From the NCBI GenBank assembly GCA_963693365.1, contig CAVNZM010000014.1, forward strand, positions 5,518,001-5,582,000: DNA of 64,000 bases, in the 5' to 3' direction. Origin of the DNA: Amoebidium appalachense (lineage: Eukaryota; Protista; Ichthyosporea). Made by a program: the position numbers and the translations under genes. Positions 30,881-43,584 of the stretch are shown here, in pieces (the first letter of the stretch is position 1; each line of letters begins with the position of its first letter). The notes beneath the pieces are model-generated. The model ran no database searches and was not told the DNA's origin. It was given only the letters and a program-made list of their open reading frames with translations.

Positions 30881-32915
30881 AGGTTTTATTTGTGGAGTTT
30901 TATTGACATAAATATTTTTCTGGGTAAACACGTAGGATGGGTGTCCGATATCAACATAACCATGTAGGCTTCGTTTCGTGTTTTAGCAGCTCGCGTTCAG
31001 GCTGCCCGCATACGGGCACCTATTAGCCGATCAAAACATCAGATTCCACAGTGTGATAAACAAATCGTTGGAGAGTGGGAGAAGAAGAGTGGAACAAAGA
31101 CGAGAGTTTGGTTGTGGAAGGAACTTCTGGCTTCAAGCCTGTTGCTCCGTTTTTATGCCTGCTGCGCCGAGTCGGGCTCTGCCCGTATTGGTCACCTAGC
31201 CGGATTAACTGGATAGATCGGCTAAGCCAATCATATTGGCATCACATGGTACGGGGTCAAGCAAGCTCGTCCCCGAGCTTGACAGTAAAGCAAAGTCTAC
31301 ATATAAACGTTTTGTTGGTTGTTGAAAAAAATTATAAATAGTTACATAGCACTCATACATGCATGCAGGCTGAGTTACGGTCTGCATGTACGTGCAATAA
31401 AGGTGGGCACACTGGCATGTGCATAACGGTTGCTTACTCGGTAAAACCTCCAAAAGGCCTTTCAGCGTTCCATTTTCCCTGTGCCAACTAGTCTTTTGCT
31501 AGGGAGGGGTCACAGGTATAGGAGCCAGGTTTTCTAATAGTGTTGTCTCCAGAGTTGCACCAGTGACCGTCCTCGTCCTTGTTGCTGGCAATGGGACGAT
31601 GTTGTAGTTGCTCTTGCCGTGGTGGTTGGGGTGTGTGAACTAGGGAAAGTCAGTGGTTAGAAGTGTTTATGTTGTGAACCTTGGTTGTTGATACTGAATA
31701 GGGCCAGAAGGGGTGTTGACGGAAACAGGTGTTTCCAGGTGTGGTTGTGTGTGTGGTCAGGTTTGGTTAGTTGTGTTTTGTTGTTGCAAAGGGAAAGCAC
31801 TGAGGGCAGAGTCGACGTGGGGTTCCAACCGGGCTGTTAGAGTCGTCGTTGTTTGTTTGTGCCCCTAAACCACGTTCCGCCAGCCCAGTGTAAGAGGTAA
31901 AGGCTTCTTAGAAGTTGAAATAAACGGGTTATAGAGGTGGAAAAAAAGAAGGGGGGTGGCCGGTTGTTAACAAAGTTAGGTGGTATCCGTGCATTGTAGT
32001 GATTTGCGATGTCTTCGAAAATGATTGCACTGATGGTTGATTGTCATTTGATTGAACTGATCGGATGAATGATTGATTTAGTGATGGTCATGGCAAAACA
32101 TGAAAATGGCGGGTAAAATGTAAAAAGTGCAGCAAGAGCATGAATGAATGGCATGTTCTCGGTTTTTGATAAAGCTTGACTTTTGAAGATCTTTGAAAAA
32201 ACGATGTGCACGCATCTGATGTGCAGACATGCAACATGGGCTGAAGAGAAACGAAAAACTTTCCTTGTGTAGGGCTGCAGTCTGGGGCTGGCGCGGGACC
32301 TGGTGCAGACAGAAGAGAAGCCAGGCGTAGAAGAAGAGCGCTCAGCAGGGCAGCGTAGCAGAGTTGTAGTGCAGCACGGGGCCCATAGCGTGCTGATGGC
32401 TTGGTGATGTCCAGAGAAGGGCTCGAGGCAATGAAGCCTTCGAGGAGGAAAGACCTCTCTGCTACCATGTGAAGTTGTAATCGTTGGTGAGTGAGAGAAG
32501 AAGAGTGGAACAAAGACGAGAGTTTGGTTGTGGAAGGAACTTCTGGCTTCAAGCCTGTTGCTCCGTTTTTATGCCTGCTGCGCCGAGTCGGGCTCTGCCC
32601 GTATTGGTCACCTAGCCGGATTAACTGGATAGATCGGCTAAGCCAATCATATTGGCATCACAACAGATCACTAGACCGAGTGTGATTGGCTCAGGATCAG
32701 ATTTCACATAACACTAGATCGATTTTGATTGGCTCACTATCGGTAGCCTTAGGTATATAAGCACGACAGTTTTTAACAGATCAGCAAGCAACAGACACAT
32801 CTTCTGTGTTTAGCACCTACAGCTTTACAGCTATATTTTCTTTTCAATGGTTGTCACTTTCGTCCAAGGGGATGTCCCCCTAGAGGCAACACACGTCCTG
32901 GAGTAGTTTTCATAG
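30881..32915 (+). mobile_element. Solo A-B terminal unit of the Ngaro family found at 37675-42430 (opposite orientation), interrupted by an LTR element
   Basis: 30881-31051 plus 32667-~32845 is the reverse complement of repeat A, followed by the reverse complement of repeat B ending TTTTCATAG. Confidence 0.9.
31052..32662 (-). mobile_element. Non-autonomous LTR retroelement (1.6 kb; 195-bp LTRs at 31052-31246 and 32468-32662; 4-bp TSD ACAG)
   Basis: TG...CA LTRs, ACAG on both sides, PBS TGGTAGCAGAG (initiator-Met type) on the minus strand at 32457-32467, and no intact internal ORF. Confidence 0.9.
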
Positions 32916-34327
32916 AAGTGAGCAAAATAATAATCAATGTAAGAAACACAAACAATCCGTCTTGAATATGAATGGTGGTCGGGTCAAACTCAATCCAAAC
33001 CAAACCATGTCTTCGATGGTTAGTAGTTTCACTATTTCTAGACCAGTGTGCATAAATAGTAATGCGTCTAACCCGAAAATGTCTTTTTCGATGTCGAAGT
33101 TTGATTTACCAAAACAGCATGCCACCGTTACCGGTGACGATAATAAAGAAAAAATCTGAACAGAAAACAAGTAAGTCTTTTTCGATGTCGAAGCTTGATT
33201 TACCAAAACAGCATGATACACCGTTACCGGTGACGATAACATCAGCAATCTTGTTGCGGCATCCAAAAGCTGTCGTAAACTACCCGACGACATCGGAAAC
33301 CCCTCAACCCCTCCAAAACTAACCCCAAATACATATCATTGCTCCCCGATGTCCAATGGATGTGTCGTAATATGCTCGGTCCGACACCCGATGCACCAAT
33401 GGACGTACATAGACCCCCGCGAGTGCTTGTTCAATGGATGTGCAATGTAGCCCTCTTACCGACGTGCAATGGACGTGCAATAGATTCAACATACGACGTC
33501 TAGTCGGTGGGTATATGACGGCGGCCAGGGAGCACTCAGACAGTCGTAACACCGTCTACGGGAGGATCAGAACGCCACCCTGTGGACAATCTTATGCATG
33601 TCTATGGTCTGATGTAAAGCCATATAACGGAGCATTGTAAACGTATCGAATGTATGGTATTAATACTCTCTTGATCAAATACCTATGACTATCACATGTA
33701 TGTCTATTGTATGTTGTAAAGCAATGCCATGGAGCACTGCAAACCCATCCAGTTGATTATAAAAATAGATCGAAATCCAATCGTTCCGGCGCCCTTTCCG
33801 ACATCCGAAACACAACCAGTGGATATACCATGGGTGGGTTTGTGCTATCCCATGACCTATCATAAGATGTGATTTGCATCCTACTACAGATTACATTACG
33901 ATGTTGTAAACAGATGCATAGGAGGACATTACGACATATAATGTAGATGACGCATATTAATACATTTGACGTCGTAATGTGCACTTGCATATGTTGTAAC
34001 GGTGTGCTATGCACATGCACAATGTGCTTTTTGGTGCGTCATAAAACCATCCTTACATGCATAATGGCATGTTCCATGTATGATAATGATATCATACATC
34101 AAACGTCATAAAATCACTGTAAGGACACATACAATATGACAATAGACGGTAAGAAGAGCACATAAAGACGTTTCTTTGCGTCTCGCTCCACAGGAGCAGA
34201 GTCGATGTACTTTTTGTCTCGCTCCACTGGAGCAGAGACCAGGCCTGACGGTTTGTTTTTTCTCACAACTTGTTACAAATTTTTTAAGTCTCGTTCCACA
34301 GGAGCGAGACTGCAATACAACAAATTT

Positions 34328-36272
34328 CTAAGTCTCGACTTCCTCCTCCCCACCCTCTTCTCCTTCTTCCTCCCCACCCTCATTCTCACTATCCTTCCTC
34401 TCCCGCTTTCGACTCCTCCCTCCTTCCTCATCCTCGCTCTCCTCCTCACTCTCAGATCTCTCACGCTTCAAAGTTTGCCCCCCTTCCCCATTTTCTTCAT
34501 CCAATTCCTCCTCCACCTTCTCATCGCCCTTCACGCCATCCCCCTCCTCAACCCCCCCATTTTCCTCCTCGCCACCCTCTTCATCACCTTGCTGGTTGGG
34601 AGCCGGGGCCGGGGCTACCGGCGACCCAACCGTACTCTTGCCCTTCTTGCTTAGGCCACCGCCCTGGGCCTCGCTGCTGTCGTCGACGTCTTCCCTAGTC
34701 CGCTTGACAGACTTGGGGCCCCTCTCCTTTGCAGCGTCCTGCTGCTTGGCGTTCTTGTTGGCCTTGTAGTCATCCGCCAGGTCCAGATCTTTCACCGCAT
34801 CGGCACGGGCCTTGGAGATCTTGTCCCAGTTTTTGACGTTCTAGGGGGGGGGGGGGGGGGGGTTAGTGGGGAATATGAAGTGTAGTTATGAGAACATTAT
34901 TATATGTATTTGACATAGTCAAGGTCACAGCTCTAACACGCATACCTCGGAAACTCAAAGACTGATATACACAAGACTGTCCTTATGTCCATATAAATCC
35001 CATATTACAAGTATGTGGGAACATCTAGTAGACCACCTGAAGAGCATCGTTTAGAAACAATGACCCATGAAGACATGTTATTAGCATCTAATGAACACAA
35101 AAACACACACTCGAGTACATCATAGTGCTGATCAGATCATCCCAACACGTTCGGATAGTTGCACAAAAAACTTACCCTTGCTATCTCTGCCGGGTGGGCC
35201 CCGCCCTCGTAGTCTGGCTGGTCGGCGTGGTACACCACAGCGGACCACTTGATGTGGGTGCCCGACTTGTGCGCGACAGGGTCACGCAACCCACACTCGA
35301 ACGTGTGCAGCATGAAGCTGAACAAGTCGGGCAACTCCTTCTGGAATTCCTGTGTGTGAGTGTGTGTGTGCAAGTGTATGTGTGTGTGTGTGTGTGTGTG
35401 CGTGTGTGAATGGGGAGTGGTGTGTGTGTAATAGGGGAGATGTGCGAGACGTTGAGAAAGGAGGGGGGGGGGGGGGGGAGGGGGGATGGTTGATGAGAAT
35501 TTACACCAACATAAGGTTGAAGGTACACTGTATAACAATATGTGGTAAAGAAGTTGCTGGGCCGCCCACCTTCAGAGGGTCAGGTTTGGGTGTGGCTAAA
35601 TCATGTCTGCATATTGATGCGTACATTCTTTGGGGGAGGAGGGGGGGGGGGGGGGGGGGGGACCCACTTGCACAAAAAAAAAAGGTAAGAAAAAAAAAAT
35701 AATTAACGGGAAAAAAAAAGGAAAAAGAAACAGAAACAAATCTCTCGGCAAGGAATATGCAAAGCAAGGAACAGTTAGCCAGATCCCATCACTAGGGGTG
35801 CTCCTACACCTCCGAAGAGAATGAGTTTCTCAAGGGGGGGGGGGGGGGGGACCCACGTTGAGGGTCTTGAACTTGCCGAGGCGCTCCTTGATCAATGACC
35901 CGTTGATGGGGGCCAGGCACATGATGCGGTAGAGCGACGAGTTGCCCCACGGGTTGCCGGTTACGGGGTCCACGCTGTACTTGCGGCCGCAGGGCAGGCC
36001 GTTGGTCTGGTGCACCGCCATGTAGCCCTCCCAAGTCGTGCGGCGAAACTTGATCTGCTCGGCCAACTCGGCTGGGTCTCCGGAGTTGACCGGTGCAACC
36101 TGGAACAACTGTGTATGTATGCATATATGTGTTTGTGGAAGTGCAAATTAAAACCACTATATTGCTGTGTAACATGTGCATCGTGTGTGAGAGTGTGTGT
36201 GTGCGTGTGTGTGCGTGTTACATGTAAATGTGCCTGTGTGTGCAGGTGTGTGTATGTGTATTGTGTGTTTGT

Positions 36273-36312
<40 letters not shown>

Positions 36313-39300
36313 TTAGTTGTGAGTCTCACGGCATCTGTTGCAGTTTGTATGCAAACCCGTATGAAAAAACCTGTCTTTATTGTTACCCTTTGTCATTTGA
36401 AGACACAATCATCAAGCTGCCAACATATCGATCATGAATTGCAAGATGATTCAGCCATGAGCAAAACCCAAGCAGATTCACGACATGCAGACGGTGTGGG
36501 AAAAAAGTCATCACATACATCTTGGTTTGTCCCTGGCACAATGTAGCTGCGCATGGCGGTGTGCATGCCCCGGTTCACCTCTGACTTGCACGCGGTGAGC
36601 CCTGCACGGATGATGGAGACAACTTTCTGGGCCCGGGAGCCCCTGGCGCACCTGCTCAGCAGCTGAACCCAGTCTTCGATACCCTCCCCCGACAGGATGG
36701 CGTACAAGCTCCGGTTCGTCAGGTTGATGCACTCCAGGAACGCGTTGCACACGGGGATGTTGCTCTGGCCCTCGTTGGAGAACGGGAACTTCATCGCCAT
36801 CACTTGAAAGATGGGATGGGACTTGGACAGCCCCTCGGTGAATTCGAACTGCATAGGGCAAATCATATTGGTGTAAGTTTGTCGCACACCGTATGTTGTG
36901 TGCTTACTGCCGTTATCCAACACAGGGTACACACAATTTCCCCTTGGATGCATGGGGTGATGGTGTGTTAACACAAAACAAGACAAGGCACCTTCGATAT
37001 TATACGATTAATGTATATGATGAATTTAATGTCGCTGACCCAGTTAAGATATTATTGGAATGTCAGAAAATACTCGAGACGATGTCATATAAGGATCTAT
37101 TGGAGGGATCGTACAGATATTACGAGGATTCATAAGATGTCGTCAACCCAATTAAGACATTCATGGAATGTCAGAAAATACTCGAGATGATATCATATAA
37201 GGATCTATTGGAGGGACCGCACGGACATTACGAGGATTCCTAAGAGGTCGGCATGATGTATGTTGACTTTTATGAACCACAAGGCTTCAACAAATTCTCA
37301 GTAAGTAAACTCTTGTGTTACAACAATTTACATACCAGTTTGTCGACGGTTTGGACCGGTGAGAGCTTGTCGGGGTCGTCGTCGTCTGACGTTGCCCCCC
37401 CGCGCTTGGCCGAGCCGGTGCTGGCCTTCCCACCGCTTGCACCAGTCTTGCGGTTGCCGGCCTCGTCGATGACGATGCCGCGGGCCTTGAGGGCCAGGCG
37501 CATCTCCTCGTCGGGGATACCCTTCATGGTTGAGAACCGCTTGTCGGCAGGCAGAAACTCGAATCTGTGGTAAATTCATGGTTTTAATGGTTACATTTTG
37601 TTTCCAGAAATGTTTTGTGATCGTGTGTCCATCCACACGTGCATGTATGTATGCTGGTTCGGTATATTGTTATTCTATGAAAACTACTCCGGGACGTGTG
37701 TTGCCTCTAGGGGGACATCCCCTTGGACGAAAGTGAACCTGCAATGGTTGTAAACCACGGCAGGCCCCCAGTCATCAATTTATTGATCCGTGAGGTCCTT
37801 GTGCCCAAAAAACGGGGGAAGTCTTCGCCCCGTGAAAAAACAGCACGTATGTGGGGATCAATGGGGGTTGAGTGTAGGGTGTAGGTGGGTGGGTGAAAAG
37901 AAAATATAGCTGTAAAGCTGTAGGTGCTAAACACAGAAGATGTGTTGTTGCCTGCTGATCTGCTAAAAACTGTCGTGCTTATATACCTACGGCTACCGAA
38001 CTGAGCCAATCAAAACCGATCTAGTGTTATGTGAAATCTTATCCTGAGCCAATCAGACTCGGTCTAGTGATCTGTGGAATCTGATGTTTTGATCGGCTAA
38101 TAGGTGCCCGTATGCGGGCAGCCGAACGCGAACTGCTAAAACATGAAACAAAGCCTGTTGATATCGGACACCCATCCTACGTGTTTACCCAGAAAAATAT
38201 TTATGTCAATAATTTCCACAAATAAAACCTCTATGAAAACTACTCCGGGACGTGTGTTGCCTCTAGGGGGACATCCCCTTGGACGAAAGTGAACCTGCAA
38301 TGGTTGTAAACCACGGCACGAGAGCAGCATGCTTGCTCCAAAGGTTTCACTTAAGAATAGAGGCGAATACACGTGTGGTAGTGGCAGCAATGGAGGCCGG
38401 ACGAAGTCGTGTATAGATCAGGAAACAGTCGGAGGACCACCTGCCGAGTTGTTTGATCCGGGAGTCGTCGACCCCGGCCTCAGCCACTGCTGTGGCCCCC
38501 CCGATGCGGAGGCTGTGTCCGGCAAACCGGGAGGGTGAGAGGCCTGCCCGGGAGAGGAGGGCACGGAAGTCGGCAGAGAAAGCACTCTTGGTGTAGGGGA
38601 TGCCACCGAGACTGAAGAGGGGGTCGTCGGGTTGACCGGACGTTGTATGCAGGAACTGCCGGAGGAGATGGGCTGGGGAGAAATGGGTGAGGGGCAGGGC
38701 AGCTAGAGTGACGTTGACACCTCGGGCCTGTACATCCGTCTTAGAGGTTGGCAGGTGGAGGGTGGCATGGGACAAAGTACCGGTGGGGGTGTAGGTGAAG
38801 GTCACGTCTTTCCGTTTAACGTGACGGGAGGTTGAAAGAAGTCAGGGTCTTGGAGGTAATTCCCTGAACGGAGGAGACCAAGAAACCGACGATGAGGGCT
38901 GTCCATAGCCGGAGATTGGCCGAGGAGGCCTTTGTGGGGCACTGGCCATGAAGTAGGCTGAGGTGGGAGGGCAGGAGGGGTTCCCTGGTTGATGAGCGGG
39001 GTCGGATGTTGTGAGAAAGCTGCCATCTGCCCACCCCCCGTAGGAACCAGGCCAGAGACTTGTCGTGGGGGTAGGGAGCAGGGAGGCCCATGTCGAGGTG
39101 GAGCCTGGTGATGGCCGAATTGTAGCCGGTTAAGGAAGAGGCCTGTACCCCTCGTTGGGCACACCAGGCGAGAAAAAGTTGCACGGTGTGTGGGGAGGCG
39201 GGAGGGAGGACCCGGAGGGGGAGCAGCGAGATGCCACACAGAAACGATGAACACTTTCTGCACCCGGGAGTAAAAGGCCCGAGAGTCGAGGTGAGACTCA

Positions 39301-42300
39301 GGGCCTGGCATCCTGCAGGGTAGTGGTGGCTCGAAGCAGCTCGGCCGGAGCAAGTGGGGGGCCAATCTGCCAGCGTTGCTCCGGAACGGGAGATCTGGGG
39401 GGGGGGGGGGGGGGGGGTTAGCCCAAGGGAAGGGATAGGAACTCGTGGACCCAGGAGGGGAAGGGGCAGGGCTTCGGTTGCAGGGAAGGTCGGAGTCGTC
39501 GGGCCCGGGGAAGTTGGTTACGAGAAATGGCATCGGCCAGATGGTTGAGGGGTCCTGGTAGGTAGGATGCCTGTAACGTAAATTGTATGCATTTCCATGC
39601 GGGTGATGAACCGAATAAGTTTGCCATCACGGGGTGGGGGGAAGACCGGGAGTGTAGGTCAGACACAGCACCCGTGTTGTCGCATAAAATACGGACATGG
39701 TGGGTGGACCAGGAGGGGGCCCAGAGGGCCACGGCGGCTGCGATGGCCAGGAGTTCAATGACGGAAGAACCGAGTTTACCCTCATGAGCATAGAGGGCTT
39801 GGGTGGAGGGGGACCAGGGCATGAAGAACCATTGGTCGAGCCAGTGGCCTCCTAGACCCACCGATCCGGCAGCATCGGTGGCCAGGGTGGTGTATGTGGG
39901 GGGTGTGAGAGGTGCACCCCATTCCATGATGTGAGGAACTGGTGCCATTCGGCTATGTCGGCCCGGGCGGCAGCAGTCAGTCGTATGTGGTGGTGGCCGG
40001 CAAGGTGTGGGTGGGTCCGGAGAAGGGCCCATAGGCGCTGGGAGAAGGCCCTCCCGGGGGGAACCAGCTGGGCACACCAGGTGAGTTTGCCGAGGAGGGA
40101 CTGGAGGTCCCGAATGGTGATGGTGGGCTTTGGGTGGGAAGTGAGGTCGAGTAGGTCCAAGAGCTTGGAAGCCGGGATTCGTGCCTCCATGGTGATGGAG
40201 TCGAATTCGATACCGATGAAGACGACACGGGTAGCCGGGCCCTGCATCTTGTCTTCGGAGATGGCAATGTGCAGCTCTCGGCAGAGTTGCAGGAAGGTGG
40301 ATAGGTGACGTTGGCACTGCTCTTGTGTGGGGGCGACTATAATCCAGTCGTCTACGTAGTGGCGGATGAGGGTAATACCGTGCTGGTGTGCCAGCCACTG
40401 TAGGGTGGCCGCGATCCGTTCCCAGATGGCTGGGCTAGATTTCAGGCCGAAGGGCAGTCTGGTTTCAACGTAAAAATGCCCCAACCATTTGAATGCCATT
40501 AAGTGATGGTCTTCTGGTCGGATGGGCATGTGCCGGAAGGCAGCCTGCACATCTGCCACGGCCATGTAGCAGCCGGGGCCTGCGTCGAGAATGAGCTGGG
40601 TGACGTCCCGGGCGCGAATGTACTGAAGTTCGTCGGGGTAGGTGATGCTGTCATTGACACTGCTACCCCGGGGCCAGGAGAGGTGGTGGATTCGACGGTA
40701 CTTGGGGGGGTTCCCTTTCTTGGTAACGGCGCCGATGGGGGAGGAACGGTGGACCGGAATCGTCAAAGAATTGGGCCGGGGAGAGGGGGCCGCGCAGGTG
40801 GCCGAGGGCGACTTCTTTGGCAATATCCGCCGTGATAGCGGAAGCTGCCTCCGGGGTGGTGGGTAGGTTGGGGCCCACCCGAGAGGTGGAGGGCCCGTGA
40901 TAGCCGATGTCGACACCGAATTCGACATCGTGGAGGAGTTGTGCGGCGAATGATTGGTCTGGGTAGGAGGCCAGCAGTTCCCGGAGGCGGGAGGTGTCAA
41001 TGCGGTGCTGGGGCAGCGGGCGGGCCTCCGGGTCTGAGCCTCGGGGGAAGGGGTGGTTAGCAAGGGTGGGGCACCCTCGGGGAGATCCCGGCAGCGGGGG
41101 GGGGGGGGGGGGGGGCAGCAGGGCCCCGGGGGGGTTAGGGGTAGGGCAGCTGGGCCCGAGTGAAGGTTGGCAGGGAGGGCAGCGGGGCCCTGTGCAGGGG
41201 AATGTGCCCGAGCACGCGGGGGTGTGGGCGGACACAGAGGTAGAAGAAGGGGGGGGGGGAGGGAGTGCTAGGTGAGTGTAAGGGGGGGGGAGGCTCGTGG
41301 GATGGGGGGGGGGAGTAAAATTATGTGCAGTGGCCAGAATAAACGTCTTTGTGTAGGGACATTTATTCTTGACGCGCGCGGGCGCCGTAGTTTGGCCTGC
41401 GAAATTTTGTACTCAGCCCTATGGGCCCGTTCTCCCGAGCTCCGTTTCCCTGTACTCGTGTGTCCTAGCTCCTAACCCCTATGTTCTAGCTGTGTGTGTG
41501 GGTGTGCGCGTAGACTAGGCATTGTGTTTGCAGTCTTTGCGGGGGTGTGTGCCAGAGCAGAGCGGGCACACGTGGGAGAAGGGGCAGGGCTGCTTAGCGC
41601 AGGACCGACCGTTAATGTGGAAATTCCTGCAGTGCGTCGCGGGTAGATCCACGGGTCGGGCCGGTTTGCCGGGCCGGGTTGCGGGCCAGGGCGGTTAGGG
41701 GTTTGACCCCCGCCGGGCTTGTGGGGCGGCTTAAAGCCGTCAAGACCACAGCCGGGCTTGGGGTACATGGGGCAGGCCGCGCTGGGGTGGTCAGGGAAGC
41801 CACAGCGCTGACATGCGTCCGGGATGAGCAGAGTGGGTGGCAAGAGGAGATCCTGGTGGAGTTGGGCGAGCAGGTTGGGACACTCGATCGGAGCCCGACC
41901 CTGCTGGTGGGCAACGGTTCGGGCGTATACGTCATAGTTGTGGATCTGGGCCCACGGGTATCGGGTGCTGAGGCGAGTGATGTGCTGAGTCCAAAGTACG
42001 TCTTTGTCCGTGGGGAGGCCGAGGTGGTGCTTGGCGGCCATGTAATGGGTCCAAGCCTGGATCCAAATGCCGAGTGAACGCAGGGGAACGGCAGCCGGGC
42101 TTAATATAGCTGTAAAGCTGTAGGTGCTAAACACAGAAGATGTGTTGTTGCCTGCTGATCTGCTAAAAACTGTCGTGCTTATATACCTACGGCTACCGAA
42201 CTGAGCCAATCAAAACCGATCTAGTGTTATGTGAAATCTTATCCTGTGCCAATCAGACTCGGTCTAGTGATCTGTGGAATCTGATGTTTTGATCGGCTAA

Positions 42301-42536
42301 TAGGTGCCCGTATGCGGGCAGCCGAACGCGAACTGCTAAAACATGAAACAAAGCCTGTTGATATCGGACACCCATCCTACGTGTTTACCCAGAAAAATAT
42401 TTATGTCAATAATTTCCACAAATAAAACCTAGATTTCGCATTAGGGGGTTTGATGTGGGTGAATGTTGGTGGTGAGAGGTGGTGGGGTGGGTGTGTGTGT
42501 GTGTGTGTGTGTGTGTTTTTTTTGTTTTTGTTTTTT

Positions 42537-42568
<32 letters not shown>

Positions 42569-43515
42569 GGGCAGGGGGAAAGAAAAGGAGTATAAAAGAG
42601 CAGCAAGCGAACATAAACAAAAGTCAAAACAAGCGAACTAATATACGGATTTCTAAGAAGCTCCCAACCTCACTAAACTAGACATATGCTAATCCCTTGA
42701 CAGAAGAGTAACAAGAGCTGTGTGTATGTGTATGAGGCCAAAAAAAAAAAGGACAGCCCAACTTGACAATACAGGGGGGCACTACCTCACCAAACCATAC
42801 CATACCAAATGCCGGCAGAGTAATACAGTGTTAACACAAAACACATTACCAACACCATATTGGCATAACAACAACATGATTCACATAACAAACACACACA
42901 TTGTTAACACAAAACACATTACCAACACCATATTATACATAACAACAACATGATTCACATAACAAACACACACACATACCTTTCGGAGTGGATGACCCTG
43001 TAATAGGTCATCCTCAGGGGGTCGCTGAGGACCGCATCGTCCGCCGGCGGGCCCTGCTTCTTGGGGCGGGACTTCTTGTTGTCGCCCTTGGGGGTCGTCT
43101 CCTCAGACTCCTCCGACTCCTCCGACTCGCTTCCCCCGGGCGCATAGTCGCTCTCCGAACTGTTGCTGCCGAAGTCCGGCTCAGGAGGAGGATCTATGTT
43201 GTGAGGGTGAGGGGTTGCTTATGAAACATTGCACGCAAAAACAGACAAAGATTCACCAATCACACACCATCATCGCATAAGTCGAGACTGTAAATGACCT
43301 GCAAGGACACATATACACGCACAGTGTACAAAACAAAAACTGAATATAACTTGAAGCACAGTGTACACTATGGGTCGACCCCTAAACTTTTCATGTCGTA
43401 ATACGGTATGACTAAGTGGTTGCGGTGGTGCACAGCGTGTACACGATAGGTCAAAACGTAAACTTTTCATGCCGTAATACCCTATCACTAGGTGGTTGCG
43501 CTGGTGCGGGCGGGA

Positions 43516-43584
<69 letters not shown>

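Larger units (their letters stand above)
37675..42430 (-). mobile_element. Ngaro-type tyrosine-recombinase retrotransposon with split direct repeats A1 (42103-42430), B1 (38231-38318), A2 (37903-38230), B2 (37675-37762)
   Basis: 328-bp A copies are near-identical, 88-bp B copies are identical, gag-RT/RH-YR order, no TSD. Confidence 0.95.

Noticed and set aside
37025-37245. ~120-bp tandem duplication in the accessory-gene intron (also ~69-bp at 42830-42970 and ~185-bp at 12835-13200)
   Set aside because: Real but ordinary local duplications with no evident function.
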